64,000 nt of DNA from Octopus bimaculoides. Lineage: Eukaryota. The stretch's first letter is position 1. Every line of letters begins with the position of its first letter. A program made the position numbers and the translations under genes. Positions 53,949 to 64,000 of this stretch are shown here, in pieces. The stretch lies in contig NC_069001.1 of assembly GCF_001194135.2 (NCBI RefSeq), positions 39,185,197-39,249,196 of the forward strand, in the 5' to 3' direction. The notes beneath the pieces were generated by a model that was given only the letters and a program-made list of their open reading frames with translations, made no database searches and had not been told where the DNA came from.

Positions 53949-54612
53949 NNNNNNNNNNNNNNNNNNNNNNNNNNNNNNNNNNNNNNNNNNNNNNNNNNNN
54001 NNNNNNNNNNNNNNNNNNNNNNNNNNNNNNNNNNNNNNNNNNNNNNNNNNNNNNNNNNNNNNNNNNNNNNNNNNNNNNNNNNNNNNNNNNNNNNNNNNNN
54101 NNNNNNNNNNNNNNNNNNNNNNNNNNNNNNNNNNNNNNNNNNNNNNNNNNNNNNNNNNNNNNNNNNNNNNNNNNNNNNNNNNNNNNNNNNNNNNNNNNNN
54201 NNNNNNNNNNNNNNNNNNNNNNNNNNNNNNNNNNNNNNNNNNNNNNNNNNNNNNNNNNNNNNNNNNNNNNNNNNNNNNNNNNNNNNNNNNNNNNNNNNNN
54301 NNNNNNNNNNNNNNNNNNNNNNNNNNNNNNNNNNNNNNNNNNNNNNNNNNNNNNNNNNNNNNNNNNNNNNNNNNNNNNNNNNNNNNNNNNNNNNNNNNNN
54401 NNNNNNNNNNNNNNNNNNNNNNNNNNNNNNNNNNNNNNNNNNNNNNNNNNNNNNNNNNNNNNNNNNNNNNNNNNNNNNNNNNNNNNNNNNNNNNNNNNNN
54501 NNNNNNNNNNNNNNNNNNNNNNNNNNNNNNNNNNNNNNNNNNNNNNNNNNNNNNNNNNNNNNNNNNNNNNNNNNNNNNNNNNNNNNNNNNNNNNNNNNNN
54601 NNNNNNNNNNNN

Positions 54613-54661
<49 letters not shown>

Positions 54662-55195
54662 TTATTTATTTATTTATTTATTTCTGTCAGTATTTGCAGA
54701 TCTGGCCATCTCTTGTTATTTATTAGCTTTCAAGCTGTTTTTTGCTGATAGAGTGCTGACTCATGTAACCAAAGCAGATCTTCTGATGAAGCGATAAGAC
54801 GGCAGAGGGAGCCACCTGACACTAGATCTGCTTCACAATGACATGCAACCGGCTGTCTTTCTCTGCTGTCGTCACACTATGTTGCTACGGCGAAACCTTA
54901 TAAATCTTCATCCATTCAGACAAATACTTGTCGAGAGATCTGCCTCAAATGGCTGGTGTCACGCAAGATTTGTTGTTTTAAAACATTTGCAGTAATAAAG
55001 ATAATTGTTATTGGCTGACCTTGGCCAACGGGCAGAGAGAAAGGCAACTGATGTTTATGATAGAATCTCACAATATGGCGATTGGATACCATGCAATACG
55101 ATATACGATATGGTATTTCTAGTGATAGCGTATCCATATATCGATATATCATACTATTAATGACAATTTATGAGGTCATTATTAACATATGTGCA

Positions 55196-55256
<61 letters not shown>

Positions 55257-55373
55257 TTACGTCTATGGGATTATGTGTCTAAGATATCTGAATATAAGTG
55301 TGAGGATGTTCCAGCGCGTGCGAAAGAAAAATGTATACAAAACATATACATCGCACGTACACACACACATGTG

Positions 55374-55414
<41 letters not shown>

Positions 55415-55553
55415 TTATGTGTATGTATATGTATGTATTTATGTGTATGTATATGTATGTATTTATGTGTATATATATATATGTATTTATGTGTATATAT
55501 ATATGTATGTGTATATATATATGTATGTATTTATGTGTATATATATATGTATG

Positions 55554-55592
<39 letters not shown>

Positions 55593-55605
55593 GTATGTAT
55601 TTATG

Positions 55606-55650
<45 letters not shown>

Positions 55651-56012
55651 CTGTGTGTGTATATATATATGTATGTATCTGTGTGTGTATATATATATAT
55701 ATATATGTATTTATGTGTATGTATGTATTTATGTGTATGTAAATATATTTGTATGTATTTATATGTATATGTGTGTGTAAATCCTATTAGCAAATGAAAC
55801 ACGTGTAATGGGGAATAAACACTACCAAAAAAATGTTCGATCTCCTGTTTTGATATGTAATTACTCTGCAAAAGATAGTTTTTCAAATGTTTTTCCACAC
55901 CTCACCCAAATATAACGTCTACGTAGTAGTTTGGAGAACTGGGGTAAGCAGATTTTCTCCACCAGGACATTTTCCTCCAGTTCTTGTTGAAACTTATTTA
56001 AGTAACTAAGTA

Positions 56013-56066
<54 letters not shown>

Positions 56067-57061
56067 GAGAGAGAGAGAGAGAGACGGTGTGTGTGTGTGT
56101 GTGTGTATGACTGATCTTATTCCGGGACTCTTATAACATGGCCACAAATATTTATCTGAACCACATCAGCTGGAGTTCAGAATATCTCACCGCCTCCTTC
56201 AAGACTTCCTAATTCGAAACAGAAGTCGAATTAAGCAAGAAATTGTTTTATATTTGTATACCGCACTTAAAACTTATTAATTATCAGTAATTAACTCATT
56301 ATCATAACATTACTGTAATTAAGACTAATTCATAATAAACTGTAATTTGTTCAAGAGAGATAGCTTATATAAATATATTTGTTAAACTTGCATAAATGAT
56401 AGAGTGGATTTCTTTTCACACATACACACGTGCATTTATATATATGTATATATATATATATATAGATATATGTGTGTATACATATACATTTGTGCACATA
56501 CACATAAGCCAAATAGCTAATTGTAAAATCTCAAAAAGAGATCAGAGTAGTATCTATACTAAAAACTAAAGTCTGTCTCCACATCAAAGTAACCAGCTGG
56601 TGGAAGATCTGCTTGGGGTTAAACTAGTAGTAACATGGAACAATTACTTTCATGTGGCGAACTGACTTTACTATATATATATATAAAACTGGACGTCTTC
56701 CTGTCAAGAGTCCCAGATGAACCTATTTCGTGGCAAGAGGTACAAATGAGGGTAGCGACATCAAACACCCTGTTTCACCAAATGTCACACATAAAGTATA
56801 ATAAAATAATATAAAATGAAAGGGATCCAAAGAGGATATAAAGACGATAACAGATGCCAGTGCTGTTCTTCTAATTTTTAAGGGGTTAGTGCAGGAAGTC
56901 AAGTAATAAGTGTTTGTGTCCGTTTTATGGCTAAGGTGAGCGGTTATAGAAATATTTCTAGCTATGGGGGTATGAGTCACATAAAGGGTGAATGTGAAAG
57001 TTAAAAATAAACCCAGTTAAATATTAAACTATAGGGAATAAATGTTACAATTAAGGATTAG

Positions 57062-57162
57062 GGCAAGATTGACCTCGGCGGAATTTGAACTCCGCCCGTC
57101 GCTACGAAACACCGTTAAGCATCTTGCCCGCCGTGCTAACGATTCTGCCAGCTCGCCGCCTT
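57062..57162 (-). mobile_element. SINE family A 5' head
   Basis: Reverse complement AAGGCGGCGAGCTGGCAGAATCGTTAGCACGG...GGAGTTCAAATTCCGCCGAGGTCAA. Confidence 0.85.
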
Positions 57163-57194
57163 ATGTTCGTCCATCGTTGTCGACAGTGGCCATG

Positions 57195-57575
57195 GCATCA
57201 TATGGGAGAAGAAAATAGGTGGCAGTGCGACTGGGTGTTGCCGATGTGCTCGCGGAAGATTTTGCCACAGATCGGGGAGTGGTGGACTGCTGGGAATGAA
57301 GGCAACAAGTTACCCCTGGACTTGCGCAGCTCACGTTTTCATGTTGCTCCTGCGATCATATTCTGTTAGTAGGAGGTGGCACCTCTTTTGGTGTAGCTTT
57401 GCTAGGAAACGCGACCCTCTGCTTGCGTCTCCTAGCTGTTGGGGGTGGATTTCAAAAGTACTTCAGTGAGGCTTTGAGTGTATCTCTGAAACCTTTTTTC
57501 TGCTTATCTTGTGTTCACCTGCCTTCTGCAAATTCACTGTAAAAAGAAGTCTTTTGGGTATTCGTGTGTCAGGCA
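57195..57575 (-). mobile_element. RTE-clade LINE 3' fragment with C2H2-like tail
   Basis: MPDTRIPKRLLYSEFAEGR*...QKKRFRDTLKASLK and PICGKIFREHIGNTQSHC. Confidence 0.8.
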
Positions 57576-57629
57576 TTAGAAGAAGAAGGAGGAGAAGAAG
57601 AAATTGAAGATGCACTAAATTTCGATTTG

Positions 57630-57673
<44 letters not shown>

Positions 57674-58064
57674 TGTGTGTGTGTGGATAAAATGAGTTTT
57701 ATTGTTTGGCATAGAATATACTTATTTCTGTATATGAGAATAAAGATACAAATTTATGTTTCCACATGGCCTAATGTTTTCATAAACTCACCTTGGGAAA
57801 ACATACGCTCGTATTTTTACAGNNNNNNNNNNNNNNNNNNNNNNNNNNNNNNNNNNNNNNNNNNNNNNNNNNNNNNNNNNNNNNNNNNNNNNNNNNNNNN
57901 NNNNNNNNNNNNNNNNNNNNNNNNNNNNNNNNNNNNNNNNNNNNNNNNNNNNNNNNNNNNNNNNNNNNNNNNNNNNNNNNNNNNNNNNNNNNNNNNNNNN
58001 NNNNNNNNNNNNNNNNNNNNNNNNNNNNNNNNNNNNNNNNNNNNNNNNNNNNNNNNNNNNNNNN

Positions 58065-58109
<45 letters not shown>

Positions 58110-58112
<3 letters not shown>

Positions 58113-58330
58113 GGTTGTGTATTCCTTATGCAGAGTCTGACCACCTCCTGCACCTACATCTTAGATCCATCATGGCGTCTGATCTGACTTTTTAAACCAG
58201 ACAATGTTTTGAAAAGACGCAGAAATTGATATCTGCTTTGGACCACCAAGAGTTACAGTTAAGCACTGATCTTTGTGGATCTCAAAATGTCTTTTGAGGC
58301 TTCTGTTAAATTTGCAGACCTTATGGCATT
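58110..58330 (+). mobile_element. Degraded LINE reverse transcriptase fragment
   Basis: ALIFVDLKMSFE from 58263 resembles the FVDLKKAFD RT motif. Confidence 0.45.
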
Positions 58331-58823
58331 CACACGGCATAGACAGGTGTGTACAGCTAGATAGGCAGAGTGGGTGATGTAGGTTGGGTTTTCATGGGTC
58401 CCAGAGTTCGATCGATTAGTTGTGCCTCACTCCTGTGGGACACGTATCAGTTATATCCTTTACTCCACGTTATGTACCTTAGTTACGCTTTTTACTTTAT
58501 TCCCATTACATATCCAACAGTGAATGTTCTGCCATTGTTATATGCTTTCGTCATGTCTCTTATCGGCTTTATCGTTCACTTTTGTCTTCCTTCCATGTGA
58601 TATCCATTAATTGCGTTTATATCCCATGCTATATACGTTAGGCGTGTTTTTGCTATATGATATCATTTAATACTTTCGCTATCAGATATTCTCAATAAAT
58701 ATCGAGTTAGAGCTATTTAATATCCAGAACTCTGATGACAATAAATATGACCCATTAGTCGATCGTCGATTGGAGAATTATCCACTGCGGATTATTAATT
58801 TACAAGTAACACACACACACACA

Positions 58824-58855
<32 letters not shown>

Positions 58856-59544
58856 TGTATGTGTGTGTTATATAATTTTATAACTTACATATATGTTTGT
58901 ATGTATATGTATTCGCGCTCACAGATACATATGTATATATATATATATTGAGATACAAAACATGCGCTTTTTTTTTGCACTGAAAGTATATTTTATTAAC
59001 AAGAATCTTTGAAATAGATTTTATAGAATTTTTTAATGAAAATAATATTGTCAAAGAAATAATGAGAAAAAAACGTAGGAAGTCTCTTTGCTTCTGAGAT
59101 TAAATTAAGAAGATTTTGCGAAGATTCAATCGGAGAGATACGAAAACAATGGCTTTGTTAATATTTATTGTAGCAACGTCAGCATACTGGAGATGATTGT
59201 TAAGAAAGATGTCAGATATATTTTATTATTTCACGTCTGTAACAAATATCACCATTATATTTGAAATCTTGCAACAAGAATAAAAGAAGAAGATTAAAGA
59301 ATCTGGTTGTGAGAATGGAAAGAATATTGAAAGATTGAAAACTGCGTCAGAAGAACAATTCACAAAAAAATATCTGACACCCATTAAATATGTTAACGCT
59401 ACATCATTTGTCGATCTGATTGACTGTCTGTTTGTCTGTCTGCCTACCAATTCATATACCTACCTACCTACCTACCTACCTACCTACCTACCTACCCATC
59501 TATCTACTCATCTAACTCCTAGAACTCCTTGGATTTGTAGCCCA

Positions 59545-59995
59545 ACGATTTCTGGAAGACTAGTGCCGGTTCGAACACTGCTCGAGTTGCGCGCAGAGCG
59601 ACGAAACCGTTCTGCACGAACCTGTGCAGAGTCTGAGCATTGTTGACTGATGGTGTTATAGCGAAGAGCAGTTATCATATGTGGGAGGAATCCGACTTGC
59701 AGCGCTATCGATCATGAGGGTCGTCCCATCCACGACCTCCAGCAATTCAGTCAGGCGGTGTTCCTCGGTGGAATGGCCATGGGGAAAGAGAATGCGTGGA
59801 GGACTCGGCTGGAAGGGTTGAGGGAAGACACCTTTCTCTTTGGTCAAGTTCTCATCGACTCCTTTGAAATTCCACCCGAAAAGGAAAGCGAGGGTGGAGA
59901 GGGAAGTGTTACCTTCCGATCAAGGTGTGAAAATATGGGTGACTCTTGCAAAAATGTTTATGGTGAATGATCCTACTCTAAGAATGCACCTGTAG
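59545..59995 (+). mobile_element. L1/Tx1-clade LINE 3' fragment (zinc knuckle and C-terminus)
   Basis: SCAQSDETVLH (C..C...ET..H knuckle), AMGKENAWRTRLEGLREDTFLFGQVLI, FHPKRKARVEREVL...WVTLAKMFMVNDPTLRMHL*. Confidence 0.7.
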
Positions 59996-61179
59996 ATTGG
60001 AGAGCAACAGCTGGGCCAGGGCTCGTGTCTTTGGTGGTCAGGGTAATCCTAGATCTGTGGGGTTCCTTCCTAGATGAAGTTTCTCCTATATAAAGAGGTC
60101 TCCATCATTCATATTATCACATCATTTGTGAACCATGTATAATGTTCTCACATTGCACCGCTTTTTACCATTTCGTTCTCCTTAATGATAATGGTGATGG
60201 CGGTGATGATGATGATGATGTAAAGCTTTACACAAATTGTTGACTGTCCTTGTGATGTCCCCTTCATCTATGCCCTTGTGGCTCATACAAGAAATCCTCA
60301 TCTGCGAGGTTAGAAGCACCTTTGGAAAGTTGAAAATGGTTTTGTTTGTAGGAGTTCTTACAAGACAATAACAAGTGGCGTTGTCTGTGACTCTCAGCGT
60401 TTATAATGAATAGAATGGAAACGATGTCTGTAGAGCGATGGCATTCATCAGAAGTTAACGATTTCAATAAAAACATTCTGAAATCACATCGAAGAAATAA
60501 AAATGAAGGAGGGAGATTAACTGACAGCAAGTTGGCTTATTTAAATATTTACGCTTTTATTTATTTAAATATTTATTTAAATATTTATTTATTTATTTAA
60601 ATATTTACTTATTTATTTATTTAGCAAATAGTTTACCCATTGGGTCATGCACAAACACTACGCATGAATTATTTTGATGACATCAAAGTCTGAAAAAAAA
60701 TACATGTATTCTTCAATTGTAATTTTTAATTATAGAGAAAGAGAGCAAATTTTAATTAATAAAATGGAATTTTAATTAAAGACTAACTTGCCAAAATGAT
60801 TCCAAAGCAAAAGAAAATTGCGTCTCATTTATTGCTGTTTATTTTTTTGCACTTTCTTTTCCAAAAGAGAGAGGAAACATTCTAAAATTAGGTGAGGTTT
60901 ATTAATTGGAAGCAGTCCGGTGGGTAGACTGGAGGCACCTGGCGTCATAACTTGCCGTCATCATAACCAATCAATGAAACGATCTGAAGTCGTGGCAAAC
61001 TTTCAGAAGCAGAATGGATCGAGTTCGGAATTTAGTTTCTCAAACGGCAAGGATTCGGCAAAGAAAAATTGTTTCTCTTTTTTTATTTGTTCCAGAGAAA
61101 ATTCTAACGCAGCAAAAAACAATGAAATATAAATTTTTTCTCCATCCTTAATAAAACGACACTACTACTACTACTACTG

Positions 61180-61215
<36 letters not shown>

Positions 61216-61369
61216 ATTCACACCTACCTACCATGTGTTGATAGTTATCCTCCACAAGTTCCTGCTTAAATATGTAATCCAATCCAAATAGGTTTTCCTT
61301 GCCTTAAATGGCGAATTCAGAGCCCCGAATAACCGCTCCATGAATTCCCTTTTTATATTGATTGTGATG

Positions 61370-61745
61370 ATCACAAACTTGAAATATGTGGAACCAACTA
61401 CCCAAAATATGGACAGTTTATATTCTTATTGATTATAACACACACTGTTCCTATTTCAGATTTAAACAACCGTTGCGACTTGCCAAGTTCATCTTGACGC
61501 ATTCGGATAATCTTGTTGTTAGACATAAGTCTATGGAACTGGCTGATCGGATAGATTTCAGAGATTTTTACACTCCACCCTACTAACAGTTAGTGTCAAC
61601 AGCGTCCGGCGTGCGTCGAACGTGTACAATTCCAGTCTCCTACAAAGATGAATATGGCCTCTGGAAATGAAACTGAAATGGTTTCGTGGGGTTTGAAGAA
61701 ACCTGTCACTCCTGCCTTTCGTCGGTACTAAAACGGTCACCATAC
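61370..61745 (-). mobile_element. L1/Tx1-like APE endonuclease fragment
   Basis: VTVLVPTKGRSDRF (VYAP-like), then IFIFVGDWNC (GDFN-like motif). Confidence 0.5.
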
Positions 61746-61804
61746 TGATAGCGTTCCTTGATTATTGACAGCCTGGGACCACTAAACAGCTGTCCTGGTC
61801 TTCT

Positions 61805-62085
61805 GTGGTTGCTGCTGGTGATGGTGATGGTGATGCGGTGGTGGGAGTGATGATGTTGGTAGAAGTGGTGGTGGGAGTGATGATGTTGGTAGAAGTGGTG
61901 GTGGTGGTGAAGATAATAATGGCGATGATGATGCTGGTGCTAATGGTAGGGATGATGATGAGAAGGATGATGACGACGACGACGACGTATGTAGAAGTGG
62001 TGGTACTCCTGCTGCTGGTGGTGGTGGTGGTGGTGGTAGTGATGAGGATGTTGTTGATTATGATGGGGACCACAACGACGACGTT
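61805..62085. repeat. GGT/GAT trinucleotide low-complexity tract with a 30-bp tandem duplication
   Basis: GGTGGTGGGAGTGATGATGTTGGTAGAAGT occurs twice in tandem. Confidence 0.85.
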
Positions 62086-62265
62086 CCTGATGTTACTTTT
62101 TGCCCTTCTTCTTTATTCTGCTGGTAGATTAAATATGAGCCCGGTCAAGCCTAATTTCCTCGAAATCTATCGACTGGACATTAAGGAACTCCTGGTTTAT
62201 TGCTCGGAGTATCACGTTATAAGGCTATGATTTCACGAATACCTACCCTTATTACAAAAATCCTG

Positions 62266-62479
62266 AAGGTGGCGACCAGGAAGACTCGTCAGAACGCCGG
62301 CGAAAATGCTTAGCAACATTTCGTCCGTCTTTACGTTCTGAGTAGAAGTTCTGTCGAGGTCGGATTTACCTTCCACCCTTTCGTGGTCGACACAATAGGT
62401 CCCAGTTGAGCACCGGTGACGATGAATTTCACTTAACCCCTTTTCGAAAAGTACTGGCCCTCGACCGAAATTGGAAGCC
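62266..62479 (+). mobile_element. SINE family A, full length, diverged
   Basis: Collinear with 1847-2059, including the terminal AAATTGGAAGCC. Confidence 0.8.
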
Positions 62480-62936
62480 GTCGTTATTGAAGTCGTAGTC
62501 AAATAAACTGATTATCGTTTACGACATTCGTTGGTGAGTTTTCATCGATCAAGACGGAAACGTCAACAGGAGTTTATACAAAAATACAAGATGGCGGCAT
62601 TAATGCAACTCTATTGTGTTCAATCTATATTCTTATATGCCTTTATTCATAAAGTGATATCAATTACTGGAACGTGGCTCTACAGGGGCGAGGCCTTCAA
62701 ATATTTTCATTGGATAATATAGATCGAATATATTTCAATATGCTAACCATCCTATGGATCGATATATATATATTGATCAATTTGCTTTGAGGTTATTTTT
62801 CTCGTAAAGGGACAAAACTCGACATTATTTTTGTCGAATTACAAAATCAGTAACGCACGCGCGCACGCGCGCACGCACGCACGCACACGCACACAGCGTA
62901 AACACAGAAATGCGCGTATACATACTTGCATACGCA

Positions 62937-63031
62937 CAGTGGAGTGTCTGGCCCAAGGATACGACGCCTGGAATTGAACTCACGACCTTACGAGTGTAGG
63001 TCGAATACCGGAACCACTCAGCAATACGCCC
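62937..63031 (-). mobile_element. tRNA-derived CORE-like SINE head
   Basis: Reverse complement GGGCGTATTGCTGAGTGGTT...GTGAGTTCAATTCC...TATCCTTGGGCCAGACACT. Confidence 0.7.
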
Positions 63032-63338
63032 TCCCCTCCCTTTATTTGTGTATAAGATATGCATAACAGGACGAAATACATTATATATATATATATATAT
63101 ATATNNNNNNNNNNNNNNNNNNNNNNNNNNNNNNNNNNNNNNNNNNNNNNNNNNNNNNNNNNNNNNNNNNNNNNNNNNNNNNNNNNNNNNNNNNNNNNNN
63201 NNNNNNNNNNNNNNNNNNNNNNNNNNNNNNNNNNNNNNNNNNNNNNNNNNNNNNNNNNNNNNNNNNNNNNNNNNNNNNNNNNNNNNNNNNNNNNNNNNNN
63301 NNNNNNNNNNNNNNNNNNNNNNNNNNNNNNNNNNNNNN

Positions 63339-63382
<44 letters not shown>

Positions 63383-63490
63383 CGGTAGGGGTAAGAGATG
63401 AACGTAGACACAAAAACACACTCACTCGCATAAACAGACACAGACACACATCTATGTGAGTGTCTTTGTGTCTGGTTGTACCTCCACCAT

Positions 63491-63685
63491 TGCCTGAAAA
63501 CCGATGTTGCTGGGTTTCCGTATTCGTAACATAGCGTTTCGACAAAAGTGACTGATAGAATAAGTTCTAGGCTTACATAGAATACGTCCTGGGGTCGATT
63601 TCGTCGACTAAAACCCTTTAAAGCAGTGCTCCAGCATGGCTGCTGTTAAATGACTGAAACAAGTAAAAGAATAAAAGAATAGAAT
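63491..63685 (+). mobile_element. SINE family C
   Basis: GATAGAATAAGTTCTAGG...CCTGGGGTCGATT...CTCCAGCATGGCTG...ATGACTGAAACAAGTAAAAGAATAAAAGAATA. Confidence 0.8.
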
Positions 63686-63753
63686 AATATATATATATAT
63701 ATATATAAATATATGTGTGTGTGTGTGTGTGTGTGGGTATATATATATATATA

Positions 63754-63972
63754 ATAAACCTATAGGGATCAGCATGAGTTGCTTCACCAACATACTGAAA
63801 ATTTAGAAATAGCAGTCGAAGAACTACTAATTCTAACAACAATTTTTTTCCCTAACGGATGGCGATATTTATGGCACACATAGAACAAAACAGAAGAATT
63901 AGTAGTTTGACTGCTATTTCTAAATTTTCAGTATGTTGGTGAGGCAACTCATGCTGATCCCTATATGTTTAT
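63754..63972. mobile_element. Young foldback MITE with ~80-bp TIRs and 60-bp spacer
   Basis: Arms 63754-63834 and 63895-63972 are reverse complements apart from a few substitutions and one 3-nt indel. Confidence 0.85.
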
Positions 63973-64000
63973 AATTATAAATAGTTTTACCGATAAAGGT

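Noticed and set aside
54772-54833. SECIS element, C/D snoRNA or HDV-like ribozyme
   Set aside because: SECIS helix II does not pair, K-turn spacing is wrong, and HDV L3/P1.1 motifs are absent.
61459-61586. Plus-strand terminal exon FKQPLRLAKF...YTPPY*
   Set aside because: Better explained as the antisense of a LINE endonuclease fragment.
59545-61745. Twin-primed (5'-inverted) single L1/Tx1 insertion
   Set aside because: The inverted endonuclease piece lies downstream of the 3' end, the wrong order for twin priming.

Overview
Eukaryotic, AT-rich, draft-assembly window dominated by (TA)n/(CA)n/(TG)n microsatellites, with many N gaps flanked by them. The SINE families present resemble those I know from octopus genomes, so this is probably an Octopus-like cephalopod (inference). 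The ORF track is almost entirely microsatellite or gap artefact. Supportable content is a graveyard of decayed mobile elements: six Tc1/mariner-superfamily transposase remnants, three MITEs, LINE fragments of the RTE, R4/Dong-like, L1/Tx1 and Penelope groups, and about 20 tRNA-derived SINE copies or fragments in several families. No intact protein-coding gene, rRNA, true tRNA or CRISPR array is visible. A few splice-signal-bounded candidate exons suggest the window may be intronic: a SEA-like exon at 21196-21306 (+) and an (STPSPN)7 exon at 50077-50255 (-). Best leads: five sequence-diverse, degenerate minimal type-I hammerhead-ribozyme motifs plus a Penelope ORF remnant; a young foldback MITE with ~80-bp arms at the right edge; a pre-miRNA-sized hairpin; and a recurring GTCACGTGAT/YY1-like motif set. 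I cannot demonstrate a wholly new system from sequence alone. All protein and family assignments are from motif recall, not database searches.
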